Shown: positions 26,269-36,030 of the stretch, one piece after another
Layout: the number at the start of each line of letters is the position of its first letter
Numbering within the stretch: the stretch's first letter is position 1
Source of the DNA: Elusimicrobia bacterium UBA5214
GTDB taxonomy: Bacteria; Elusimicrobiota; UBA5214
Length of the DNA stretch: 63,934 nt
Direction: 5' to 3'
Assembly: GCA_002412545.1 (NCBI GenBank)
Contig: DHVG01000002.1
Location: 52,662-116,595 of the forward strand
The notes under the pieces: generated by a model
What the model was told of the DNA's origin: nothing
The model's input: the letters and a program-made list of their open reading frames with translations, nothing else
The model's database searches: none
Made by a program: the position numbers and the translations under genes

Positions 26269-28233
26269 TTGCAGCATAACATGGATATCGATGCCTTAAT
26301 GACCTCTTTTGCACTTATTTTGTGCATTCTTGCGCCCATTTGGTATCTCTTAATTTGGATATCTCCCGAATGGTTCAAATTGTCTTGGTATAGGGGACTG
26401 TCTCCTTTCTATGACAGAAGGGAAACGAAGGTCAGAATTTTCCTTGTCTGTTTTCTAATGCTGACTCCTCTTTTCTTTTATCTATCTACTATATATATCT
26501 TCCACCTGTCCATAGTTGGTAGAATGGCTGAGGGCACCTCGCCTGCTTGGCCAGCTGTGGCTTGGGCTTTCCTTGTATTCTCCCTTGTTTTTTTATTTCT
26601 AGGGTGTGTAACACCGTGTGCAGCGGCAATCTGGTATTTCTTCTTTTCCTACAAGAAAGTCCTACAAGAGCTAAAAGACTGTGAACTACTACCACACCAG
26701 TTCCAACTTGACCCAGTAAAAAATACAATAAGGAAAGTGTTTTTGGAGCTATTGCAAAAAAGCGGAGTAAAAGATTCACCGAGGTTTTTCTTTATCAAAA
26801 AAGAACAAAAAGGGTCGGCTCTTTATTCAGACTGTGGAGTAGTTGGTAAAGGTAAGGGACTATTGCTTATTGTAAGTGATGAGTTCGCAGACTACTTTCG
26901 CAATAGGATTATGGGGAAAGTAGAACTCAAGGCGATTTTGTTGCACGAAATTTGTCATGTTTGTAATAGAGATTTCTTTTTACCCCTGTGGCTTCGGGTA
27001 TTCAGTCGGTCGAAGTCATATAGAATGACATTGACTTTTTTAGTGCTTTGTTTCTTTTGCACTTTTGGGTTCGTTGTTACTTCGGGTGATGCCCTACTGC
27101 CGTGGTATTTTTCTGGCATGGAAATTTTTTTGCCATTGGGTTTTATCGCCTTGCTGCCAATTCTATTCTTCCTTGTGATTTTCACCCTCAGAGCCCAAGT
27201 CTGGACGAGTGTAGCAGAAGTTTTCCGTGAGAGGGAGCAAAACGCCGACGACTTTGCGATAAAAATGGGGGTTAGATATGAAACCATGATTAGTGTAATA
27301 AAAAAGATGGCGATGCTCGCTTCTCCGCAGTTGAATTTTTCTGTTGGATTTGGAACAGATGACGGGGAGATGCGAGGGTTATCACAAGTCTCTGATTGGG
27401 AAACTCCAGAACTATCACATCAGTACGCCAAGGACATCCTAAAACATGACATCTACTACTATATTTCCGGAATCAGAGAATGGGTTCCCTCATTCAAGGA
27501 AAGGCTGCGATTCTTAGAGACAAATAGAAAGGGTTACACCGGACGAGACAGTAACTTGTTGCGTTCTTTACCTGAAATGTTACATATTTTTGCAGCAAGT
27601 TGTTTTATTTTTGGAATGGTTCCAGGAGCCTTTGATTTTTTTGGTTCGGTTCTGGGTGAGGCACGTATTATGTGTGAGATTGGCACAGCTTACACATCCC
27701 TTCTTTATGTGGTCATGATTCTGACTTATGTCATCCGTGGAGTACGAATAGCAGTGGCTGGTTCTACTCGACTTGAAACCCCGCCTTTACGCTCGGTATT
27801 TAGAGGAGTTTTCGAAGATACACCCATCAGAAGAGCTTTTGAAATGTTCATAATCTGCATAAAGAGAAACGTGGCAAAAGTTCTGAATACTAGGGTTGAA
27901 CCCGTGAAAGCTAAATCGAAAAGGTTTCTTCTATTCGTGAATTCTATACTGGTAACATTTTATGAAAACATTTACATAAGAAACTTTTTTGTTGTGCTGA
28001 TACCCTATGCGGTAGTTAGGGTAATCCAAAATAATGCGCCTTCTTTAGTGACTTCGTTTTGTTTGGACAAAATTTTCTCTCTTCAAGCGCTACCGATACA
28101 CTTCCTTGTGGTGAATGCACTTTCTTGGCATCTTCTTCGAGTTCTATTAAGTGAGCAGAGAATGACCTTAGGCTTAGCGCTGAAATTTGGACTAATGAGG
28201 GAAGCGGGCGGAACACTCGCAGGATTAGCTTAA
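26269..28233 (+). CDS. Polytopic membrane zinc metallopeptidase (M56 BlaR1-like/M48)
   Basis: AILLHEICH, REQNADDFA, PSFKERL; many TM segments. Confidence 0.75.
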   Translation: MQHNMDIDALMTSFALILCILAPIWYLLIWISPEWFKLSWYRGLSPFYDRRETKVRIFLVCFLMLTPLFFYLSTIYIFHLSIVGRMAEGTSPAWPAVAWAFLVFSLVFLFLGCVTPCAAAIWYFFFSYKKVLQELKDCELLPHQFQLDPVKNTIRKVFLELLQKSGVKDSPRFFFIKKEQKGSALYSDCGVVGKGKGLLLIVSDEFADYFRNRIMGKVELKAILLHEICHVCNRDFFLPLWLRVFSRSKSYRMTLTFLVLCFFCTFGFVVTSGDALLPWYFSGMEIFLPLGFIALLPILFFLVIFTLRAQVWTSVAEVFREREQNADDFAIKMGVRYETMISVIKKMAMLASPQLNFSVGFGTDDGEMRGLSQVSDWETPELSHQYAKDILKHDIYYYISGIREWVPSFKERLRFLETNRKGYTGRDSNLLRSLPEMLHIFAASCFIFGMVPGAFDFFGSVLGEARIMCEIGTAYTSLLYVVMILTYVIRGVRIAVAGSTRLETPPLRSVFRGVFEDTPIRRAFEMFIICIKRNVAKVLNTRVEPVKAKSKRFLLFVNSILVTFYENIYIRNFFVVLIPYAVVRVIQNNAPSLVTSFCLDKIFSLQALPIHFLVVNALSWHLLRVLLSEQRMTLGLALKFGLMREAGGTLAGLA

Positions 28234-29498
28234 TGAAACATCTAACAGAAGAACAAATTTTTGCTTTTGTTAACAAAGACGAGGAACACGTTAACTTGAG
28301 GAAAGCGACAAGGCACTTGGATTCTTGCCTCGGGTGTACAAAACTTCTTAGAGAAATCGCGGCTCTCAATTTGTTGTTGGTCTTGAACAAGATCCAAAGA
28401 AAACAAGAAGAAGCATGGGCACTTCTCAGAAACTGTCTCTCGGATTACGCGGTTACCAACTATGCATCGGGACAACTTTCGGAAGAACAAAAAAAGGAAG
28501 TGGAGAAGCATTTACAAGAATGTGCACTCTGTAGGAAAGAGGTAGAAATAGAAAGAGCAATAGGAGTTTCTACCGAAGACAGACTGCCGGCTGAAAAAAT
28601 TGTTTACAGCGAATTATTATTTTTGCTACTTAGGTATGAAAGACTTCTTTCTGTTGCTGTGAAGAAGGAAAGAATTGAAGAAGAGAAAAAATTATTGAAG
28701 GAAACAGTGCTTGAGAGAATAAAAAAATGGTTGTTCCCAGTTAGAATATCACCAGTTCCATTAGGTTTTACGGAAGAGTTAGAACCTGATGAAAATTTCT
28801 ATCGTACACTCAGCGATGACGATTTAGTTTTTGCCTGCCAACAGAAGAAGCAAACCGCATGGAGAGTGTTTATTGGAAGGTTCCAGAAATTAGCGATAAG
28901 TATTGTCGCGCAGCATGGTCTAGGAACAGGATTTGAAGACTGGGAAGACCTATGGAAAAAAGCTCAGATTAGATTGTATCTGAGAATAAAAGATTGTGAA
29001 AGGGGTAAGGTCGTGAGTTTCGTGTACTCTTTTGTTCATAATGTTTGCCATGAAAAGATAAAGAAAGAATCGCAAGAAAGGAAATTATTGGTTTCTTTGA
29101 ATAACCATATAAAGAAGAACGAGCAGGGAAATACTGAAGCAAGCACTTTTAGCCAGCAACTCGGACCTAACCAAGTAGCCGAACCGGCTAAAAAGAATTT
29201 CACGAAGGATGAACCATTGAGGCTAATGATAAACCAAGAAAAACAAGAGGAACTAGAAGAAGCAATAAGAATGCTGCCGGCAGAATTTAGTGAAGTCTTA
29301 TGGCTTGCAGAAATGGAAGACTACACCGAGAAAGAAGCCAGTGATGAACTAAGCATACCAATAGGAACAGTCAAGTCAAGACTATCGCGAGCCCGGCCAA
29401 AGCTTTTTCAAAGAATTAGAACCGAGAAGCTCAGGCTCTGGAAACAGTTATCAAGCACCGAATGGGTAAAAGAGTTATTGAAAAAACTCTGGGAGTAA
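28233..29498 (+). CDS. Fusion of two zf-HC2 anti-sigma motifs to an ECF sigma factor
   Basis: HLDSCLGC and HLQECALC; sigma2-like AWRVFIGRFQKLAISI...EDLWKKAQIRLY; sigma4 SIPIGTVKSRLSRAR. Confidence 0.75.
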   Translation: MKHLTEEQIFAFVNKDEEHVNLRKATRHLDSCLGCTKLLREIAALNLLLVLNKIQRKQEEAWALLRNCLSDYAVTNYASGQLSEEQKKEVEKHLQECALCRKEVEIERAIGVSTEDRLPAEKIVYSELLFLLLRYERLLSVAVKKERIEEEKKLLKETVLERIKKWLFPVRISPVPLGFTEELEPDENFYRTLSDDDLVFACQQKKQTAWRVFIGRFQKLAISIVAQHGLGTGFEDWEDLWKKAQIRLYLRIKDCERGKVVSFVYSFVHNVCHEKIKKESQERKLLVSLNNHIKKNEQGNTEASTFSQQLGPNQVAEPAKKNFTKDEPLRLMINQEKQEELEEAIRMLPAEFSEVLWLAEMEDYTEKEASDELSIPIGTVKSRLSRARPKLFQRIRTEKLRLWKQLSSTEWVKELLKKLWE

Positions 29499-29552
29499 AC
29501 ACAGCGAATGTATTATTGTCTTGCTATCATTTTCCATTGGGATGACAGTGAA

Positions 29553-29570
29553 CCGAAAGATTTATAAACC
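29553..29570 (+). promoter_or_regulatory. Archaeal-type BRE-TATA promoter motif
   Basis: CCGAAAGA-TTTATAAA-CC upstream of 29629. Confidence 0.5.
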
Positions 29571-29628
29571 TTAGTTACTTCATAATTGCAACAAAATATA
29601 AAGCGATATAGTAGGAAAAATACAAAAA

Positions 29629-30093
29629 ATGAAAAAAATTAAAGACATACTTCATGAAGCCAAAACTTTCTTTGTATACTCTGGTGTGCCGGAGTTCCTA
29701 GGTCTTGAAAGTTTTTTTGGGAAGTATTCAGATTGCATGAAAGGCAAGAGCCAAAAAGAAATACATGAAAGTTATGGGCAGAATATTGAGAGATTAGTGA
29801 GATTTGATAATGCGGCAAAAAGGAAAAGAATCGTTCGTTTACTTTTTAATTTGTACTGTTGGCTCGCAGAAAATCACACAAGAAGAATGGAGAAAAAGTA
29901 CATAAAGTACATTCTTGACAGGGGATGCATCCCATACGAAGTGTTAGATAACTACATTCAAAGAAAAGATAAAATGAGTCCCGAGCAAATACGAACAATA
30001 AAAAATCATTTATCTTCGTGTCAATTCTGCAAGAAAGATATGGAAATTGACATGGAGATTGCCCGTTCGCTTGAAGCAATGAAAGAAAAATAA
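29629..30093 (+). CDS. Protein with C-terminal zf-HC2 anti-sigma-like motif
   Basis: GCIPYEVLDNY...IKNHLSSCQFCKKDMEI parallels the second zf-HC2 of 28233..29498. Confidence 0.65.
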   Translation: MKKIKDILHEAKTFFVYSGVPEFLGLESFFGKYSDCMKGKSQKEIHESYGQNIERLVRFDNAAKRKRIVRLLFNLYCWLAENHTRRMEKKYIKYILDRGCIPYEVLDNYIQRKDKMSPEQIRTIKNHLSSCQFCKKDMEIDMEIARSLEAMKEK

Positions 30094-30602
30094 AAAGTAG
30101 AAACACTTCCCATTATACCAACTTGGCTGTCTTTGTCATAGAGTAGTACCTACCTTTTTCCTTTCCAACAACACTTATCTTAATTGGACACTTTCCCGGA
30201 TGTCTTTTCCAATACTCTTTTTCTAAAAATTTTTTAGAAATCGGGGAACTAATTTCGTAGTTTTGCCATAAACAATATTGCAGAGAGATAGAAAGACATT
30301 TTTCTCCTACAGAGTCTGGCAAATGAAAAGAGAGTTGCTCAAGATTTTTAATGTTGAGAGAAAAAAAATCTAATCGCAGAGATGAAAAGAAATGAAAACC
30401 ATTTTTGGCAAAAGCGAAGTTGAAAAACTTTTGAAAGCTTTGAGGAAACAAGGGAATTCGCGAAGAAAAACAAAACACAATCATTGGAAGAGTTGTCTAC
30501 ATTGAAAAAGTGCTCGAAAGAATGGGACACATTCCGGTAACTAACCCAGAAGGTAAAGACATCAACAAAAAATAAATTTCCAGTTAGCAGGAGGTAAAAG
30601 AG

Positions 30603-30890
30603 ATGGCAGTAATAACGATTGAGCAATTACTTCAACAAGCATGGGAGGGGGAGAAGGAAGCCGGCAGACTTGAATGTGACGACAGTGTAGAAATCCTCAA
30701 CTGCGTTGCAACCGTTTTTTGTCTCGGTGTTCTTGCCACACTGACCGGCGATAATGAGGAGAAAATCGTTCAGCAAGCACTTGAACGGCTGGGACGAGGA
30801 CTAGTTGGAGGCCTAGAGCGTTTCAGGGGAAAGCACTTGAACATAAGTTTTATGTTTGCTCTTGAAAGGTATCGTAGAGAATCGAGTTAG
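30603..30890 (+). CDS. Hypothetical protein
   Basis: SD AGGAGGT; 95 aa. Confidence 0.6.
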   Translation: MAVITIEQLLQQAWEGEKEAGRLECDDSVEILNCVATVFCLGVLATLTGDNEEKIVQQALERLGRGLVGGLERFRGKHLNISFMFALERYRRESS

Positions 30891-30932
30891 AAAAAGTGAA
30901 GTAGAACAAAAGAATCAAAAAAAGGAAAAACC

Positions 30933-31016
30933 GAAAAAAAATAAACCGGGACACAAACTATTCAGAGTCAGAGCTGGCAACTCATAGACCCCTTTTCGTT
31001 TAGTGCCCCGTTAACT
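30933..31016 (-). ncRNA. Candidate structured antisense small RNA
   Basis: Minus-strand promoter just upstream; closing stem CGGGGCAC/GTGTCCCG, inner GAG-TTGCCAG-CTC hairpin, 3' T-run. Confidence 0.45.
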
Positions 31017-31022
31017 GTGAAA

Positions 31023-31051
31023 ATTTTAACACTAAAAGAAAAATTTGTCAA
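31023..31051 (-). promoter_or_regulatory. sigma70 promoter antisense to the plus-strand operon
   Basis: Minus strand TTGACA-N17-TAAAAT. Confidence 0.65.
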
Positions 31052-31216
31052 GTCTTCTGACGAAAAAAAAGAGGTTGATGAGATGAAACAAACTATTGGG
31101 CAGAAAAAGATTTACAGAAAAGAGTTGCTCGGAGCGAAAGGCCAACTTGGTTCAAGAGAAGCAGAAAAATGAGGATGTATCATTTGGTTCATGCTTAAGC
31201 ATAAGGAGAACACGAA

Positions 31217-31462
31217 ATGAAAATCGGAATTCTTGATAAAGAGACAGGATTTTCCTTTGTAACAGAATTCCCTGACAAAGTTGCAGAGAAATACGATGTT
31301 GATTTCTTGACGAAATACATTCACTCACACTTCATGATGATTTTTCTTGAATTAGCGCATCCTGAGCATTTCCATATCTTTCTAAAACTGAATGGAAAGG
31401 TTTGGGAAAAGAAATTAGAGTTGATGCGTTTCCTTGAAGCAAGAGAGGAAAGAGGCAAGTAA
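31217..31462 (+). CDS. Hypothetical protein
   Basis: SD AAGGAG; 81 aa. Confidence 0.55.
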   Translation: MKIGILDKETGFSFVTEFPDKVAEKYDVDFLTKYIHSHFMMIFLELAHPEHFHIFLKLNGKVWEKKLELMRFLEAREERGK

Positions 31463-31490
31463 ATGTAATTCTGTAAGGAGGCGATAACAA

Positions 31491-31733
<243 letters not shown>

Positions 31734-31748
31734 GAAAGGAGGTGCAAC

Positions 31749-32171
31749 ATGGTTGTAGCATCAACATCAATTAGCGAGTTCATCAATTTTGTATGGTCTT
31801 TCCCAGAACCACTGAAGATTTATTTCTTGCAAATGCTCGTATGGCTTTTGCTTGTGTACTTCTCTACAAGAAGAATGTGGGAGCGAACATTTGGAGTTAT
31901 GGCACTGCAGATCACGACAGCCGTCTTGGTCAGCTATCTGTGCCTGGTTATCGGTCCGAACTTTTTTGCCTTCGTAATTCAGAAAATTGGTTCATATGTT
32001 TACACTTTCTTTTTCTTAGCCAGTTGCTTGGCAATGATTTTTCTACCCAAAATTATCGCATTTTACCTTGTGCCTAAACTAGGCTATCAGATTTTGCTAT
32101 CAAAAATTTTCTACATCTTCCTGTTTTTGTTAACGGTGATTCAAATTTTTGTAGCAAAAGGAGCAAAATGA
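31749..32171 (+). CDS. Small membrane protein (~4 TM)
   Basis: SD AAGGAGGT; hydrophobic segments. Confidence 0.65.
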   Translation: MVVASTSISEFINFVWSFPEPLKIYFLQMLVWLLLVYFSTRRMWERTFGVMALQITTAVLVSYLCLVIGPNFFAFVIQKIGSYVYTFFFLASCLAMIFLPKIIAFYLVPKLGYQILLSKIFYIFLFLLTVIQIFVAKGAK

Positions 32172-32812
32172 TGAAAAAAATTGATGCTGTTATTCAAGAT
32201 TACCTGAGAAAAAGGAAAAAGCTAGTAGAAGACATTTTCACTGGTAATGCGCCTGACGAAAGAGCACAAGATGAATTGTTTGCTTTTGAGCAATATTTGC
32301 GAGATTCCGGCTACGATCCTGACCAAATATTTATGGAGTCTGCTGCGCAGAGCCAGTTAAAAGCTCAAGGAAATGGAGAATATCCAAAGGTAATCTCACA
32401 GGAAATTCGCTTGATTAAGCCAGTTGTGCCAAAAGAACAAGGTTTTTTCAAGAGCGCTGAAAAAATAATAGAAACTCAACCAGGTTGCTTGACGCGAGTT
32501 GTCGCAGAAGGCAAGTATCTTGTTGCGTGCGGCAGTTTGGTGGATGAAAAAGACATTGCAGGCAGATGTGACTCGTGCGGCTTGTTTGAATGTAAAGAGC
32601 ACTGGGTCAATTGCTTTGAGGATGTCTGCGGAAAAGGGTTGTGCGTGAGGTGCAGAATTTTTCTTGAGCTTGTGCAGGAACCAGGCAGAAAAGCTCCCTT
32701 CTGCGAGGAACATGCCAGAAGGAGAGGATTTGATTTTGACACTTGGGAATACATGAGAAAAGCAGGAGAGTTTTTTAGCTTGGAAGACAGACAGGAGAGA
32801 TGGAAAAGATGA
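32168..32812 (+). CDS. Zinc-finger-like Cys/His-rich protein
   Basis: CDSC...CKEH...C...CGKGLCVRC...FCEEH; overlaps both neighbours. Confidence 0.65.
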   Translation: MMKKIDAVIQDYLRKRKKLVEDIFTGNAPDERAQDELFAFEQYLRDSGYDPDQIFMESAAQSQLKAQGNGEYPKVISQEIRLIKPVVPKEQGFFKSAEKIIETQPGCLTRVVAEGKYLVACGSLVDEKDIAGRCDSCGLFECKEHWVNCFEDVCGKGLCVRCRIFLELVQEPGRKAPFCEEHARRRGFDFDTWEYMRKAGEFFSLEDRQERWKR

Positions 32813-35004
32813 ACGAAAGAGTTGAGATGAAGGAAAGATATCTTGTTGATGCTTATAAAATGAAGGAATACGAGAGGATTTATTCTCGGATTCAAGAACT
32901 CGGGCTTGCTAATGACCCTGTCATCAATAATTCTCTGAAGATAATGAGTGTTTTTTCGCATAACAAAGAGGTGTTTGAGCGCGAAAGGGCAAGGATTCTG
33001 CAAATAGTTCAGGCAAAAGAAATTGAGCAGCAGTTGAAAGGTCATCCATTTGTTCCTGAGCCTGTAGGAACAGAAGTTTCCGGAGAAATCAAGCTTGGAA
33101 TATGCAAAGGAAGCAATGCTTGGTTTGGCTTGTCATTGAAACCCGAATTAGAAGAAGGGGCTCTTGTCACGGGAAGAAAGGGGAGCGGCAAAACCACTCT
33201 TTGCTATCTCCTTTCGAGAGGAGCAAGCAAATTAGGAACGCATACTTTGACTTTTGAAGTGAAACTTGAGGGCAGAAATCAAATTGCAAACAACAAGGAC
33301 ACGCTTGTTTTCAGGTGCGACATGACTCACGATTGGTTCAAGTACAATTTTCTTGAGGTGCCTGAAGGGGTAGACCCTTTGTCCAAGATATCAGACGTGA
33401 GTGACATTACAGAAGAATCCTATGAGTATTATGTCGGAACATCAAGTTACATTGCTTACCACATTTACGAACTTTACAAAAGAAACGGGATTTTTGAGGG
33501 AAGCAAGAATTTTCCAACGCCTTGGGATTTGTATTGGAAGATAGAGAAGGACAGGAAGTCGCTCATAACTCGCGATGCAAGATACAGGGAAAGCGCGTTG
33601 AACAGGCTGAACTCCATTCTCCTGAGGATGGGAAAGGCATTCAACTACAAGATTGGCTATCAAATTGAAAAGTTACTTGATGACTGCAACATTGTCATGG
33701 AGCTTGACAATCTAGGTAAGAAGGGAAGAATTTTTCTCATAAGTTTGATACTCGCTCAGATTTTCAGATACAGGATTTCAAATCCGAACAAAAAACACAA
33801 GGCCATTCTTGTAATAATAGATGAGGCAAACGAAATTTATGACAGGCGGCTTGATGAGATGACCGGAGGGCTTACTGTCTGCTCGCTTGACAGACAGGCA
33901 AGAGAATTCGGGATTTGCATGGTTTATGCCTGTCACGATCCAGAAGGGATGCCTCGTTCTGTAATAAATGACGTGCATACGCAAATTCTGTTGAGTCTTC
34001 CAGGAGGTACAAGCCTCAAGAGAATGTCCGAGTCAATGTTTCTTGATACTGAGCAGAAAGAGTACGACTATCAGCTAAAGCCGGGTGAAGGAATAGTTAG
34101 GCGTGCAGGTCATCCTCATCCATTTCTCGTCAAATTTTTTCCTCATACCCTGCCTCAAAGAATAGGCGACGAGGAAGTTCAAAAGCACATGCAGTCGTTG
34201 ATTGCAGAGCTTGACAAAAACATCGTTACAGCAGAAAAAAATGAACTTTTTGAAAAAGGCACGGAAAAGAAACAAGAAGTTGATGAATGTCATAAAGAAA
34301 ATGAGAAGACGGTTATGGATGCTGACACAGAAGATATTTCTTTGACTGCTGAAGAGAGGAACTATTTGCACGATGTAGAAAATCGTCCATACATTTCGCG
34401 AACAACAAGATACAAAACTCTTGGACTCTCTCTCGGCTCAGGGCATAGGATTGTAAAAAAGCTTATTGAGAAGAAACTTTTGAATACGCACAATGTTTAT
34501 CTTTCTCCCAAAGGTGGAACAACAATTTTGGATTCACTCACGACACTCGCTCGGGAGTTATTAGAGCTAGCAAGCAAGGGCATTAGCCGGGGCGGCTCGT
34601 TACTACACGACTTCATGATATGGATAGTTTCGCAGCATCTGAAAAAAATGAGAAAGGATTGGAATGTCGCAATTGAACGACAGATTAATGGCAAATTTTG
34701 TGATATCGTCATAAGTTTTCCCGAGAATAACACAGAACTCATTGCTCTGGAAATGGAAACAGAGGCAGATTCACAAACTATAAAAAACAACATGGAGAAA
34801 GACATTAACCAAGCAAAATGCTCTTTGGTCATTCTTGTTTTGAACGGCAAAAAAGATACTTTGAATAAGGCAACGGAAACGCTTGGCGATTACCCCAAAG
34901 AGGTGAGGGAGAAAGTCAGTTTCTGTCTGTTATCTCAAATAGTTAATTGCAAAGAGTTACGCGCAGTCGTTAGGTCAAAATATTTTGAAGAAAGAGGACT
35001 CTAA
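32800..35004 (+). CDS. HerA/VirD4-like P-loop ATPase fused to wHTH and PD-(D/E)XK domain (paralog of 4017..6026)
   Basis: GRKGSGKT, VIIDEANE, RQAREFG; C-terminal SLLHDF and CDIVI...IALEMET. Confidence 0.8.
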   Translation: MEKMNERVEMKERYLVDAYKMKEYERIYSRIQELGLANDPVINNSLKIMSVFSHNKEVFERERARILQIVQAKEIEQQLKGHPFVPEPVGTEVSGEIKLGICKGSNAWFGLSLKPELEEGALVTGRKGSGKTTLCYLLSRGASKLGTHTLTFEVKLEGRNQIANNKDTLVFRCDMTHDWFKYNFLEVPEGVDPLSKISDVSDITEESYEYYVGTSSYIAYHIYELYKRNGIFEGSKNFPTPWDLYWKIEKDRKSLITRDARYRESALNRLNSILLRMGKAFNYKIGYQIEKLLDDCNIVMELDNLGKKGRIFLISLILAQIFRYRISNPNKKHKAILVIIDEANEIYDRRLDEMTGGLTVCSLDRQAREFGICMVYACHDPEGMPRSVINDVHTQILLSLPGGTSLKRMSESMFLDTEQKEYDYQLKPGEGIVRRAGHPHPFLVKFFPHTLPQRIGDEEVQKHMQSLIAELDKNIVTAEKNELFEKGTEKKQEVDECHKENEKTVMDADTEDISLTAEERNYLHDVENRPYISRTTRYKTLGLSLGSGHRIVKKLIEKKLLNTHNVYLSPKGGTTILDSLTTLARELLELASKGISRGGSLLHDFMIWIVSQHLKKMRKDWNVAIERQINGKFCDIVISFPENNTELIALEMETEADSQTIKNNMEKDINQAKCSLVILVLNGKKDTLNKATETLGDYPKEVREKVSFCLLSQIVNCKELRAVVRSKYFEERGL

Positions 35005-35022
35005 CAATAAAGGAGATTACCG

Positions 35023-36030
35023 ATGACAACAAACATTCTTGATTCAATTAACTCATTACCATTGATTTTACAGATATTGTTTTGGTGGCATGTTATTGCC
35101 TTTGTTTTTGCATTCGTAGACCGCTTGCTCGAGCTTTCCACAGGGAGTTCTTTTTTAGAAGTGAAACTTAACGGCAGAAGCGTTATTGAATCCTTTGTTT
35201 TGTTATGTTTCTCGCTACTGCTAATTATAATTTCAATTGTCTTCAGCTTTTTCCTCACTGCTTCATTGCCAATTTGGATAATCTTCTATCTTGTTTGGTC
35301 AATTTTTTCTTATTTCGTTTCTTCAGTAGCTTATTGCCTGAGGCTGACATTTCATCCAAAAACGTTGTTCATGCTTCTTGGCCTGCTCGTGAATGGCGCA
35401 ATTGTCTTTACTGCAATTCATTACACAAAAGCCTTTGGAATGGAAAATTGGTTTTTCATTTTCCTGTTGGCTTTTTCAATTACTCTCGTTGAATGCCTGT
35501 TGAGCTATTACCTTTTCGAAGAACTTAAAGAATACAAGAATACAAAATTCGCAACCAGGAAGTTTTCGTTTCGGGAAGCCAGGGCATACGTTAGCAGAAA
35601 CGTCATTTTCAAAACCGCATTGATAATCCTGATAACTGTCTTTGCGATTGATTTCGCCATCAATCTTCACAGGTTCATGCTGTATCAGATGTTGTTCATC
35701 GCAATGTTCCAAGAAAGTTCTTTTCACAAAGCGTCATTTTTCGAAACATTCAGATACGCGCTTGCGCTTGTCATGCCTTTTGTGACAATTGCTTTACCAA
35801 TAGGATGTTCTGTTCTTGCTGATTTCTCCAAAAGACCATTTCCTTGCTGGAAACAATACCTTAAACCGAACCTTGGTATAAAAAATTTGCTTATTGCTTT
35901 CTGGATAATAAACAGAGTGAGAATAAAGCAATTTTTCCCTGAGCTGAAACTTTCGTTTGTCGCTGTTCTCTTCTGGCCTTACTTTTTGTTTTTGGCTTTG
36001 TCAAAATTCATGACAGGAGGAAAGAAATGA
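35023..36030 (+). CDS. Polytopic membrane protein
   Basis: 335 aa with many hydrophobic segments; SD AAGGAG. Confidence 0.7.
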   Translation: MTTNILDSINSLPLILQILFWWHVIAFVFAFVDRLLELSTGSSFLEVKLNGRSVIESFVLLCFSLLLIIISIVFSFFLTASLPIWIIFYLVWSIFSYFVSSVAYCLRLTFHPKTLFMLLGLLVNGAIVFTAIHYTKAFGMENWFFIFLLAFSITLVECLLSYYLFEELKEYKNTKFATRKFSFREARAYVSRNVIFKTALIILITVFAIDFAINLHRFMLYQMLFIAMFQESSFHKASFFETFRYALALVMPFVTIALPIGCSVLADFSKRPFPCWKQYLKPNLGIKNLLIAFWIINRVRIKQFFPELKLSFVAVLFWPYFLFLALSKFMTGGKK

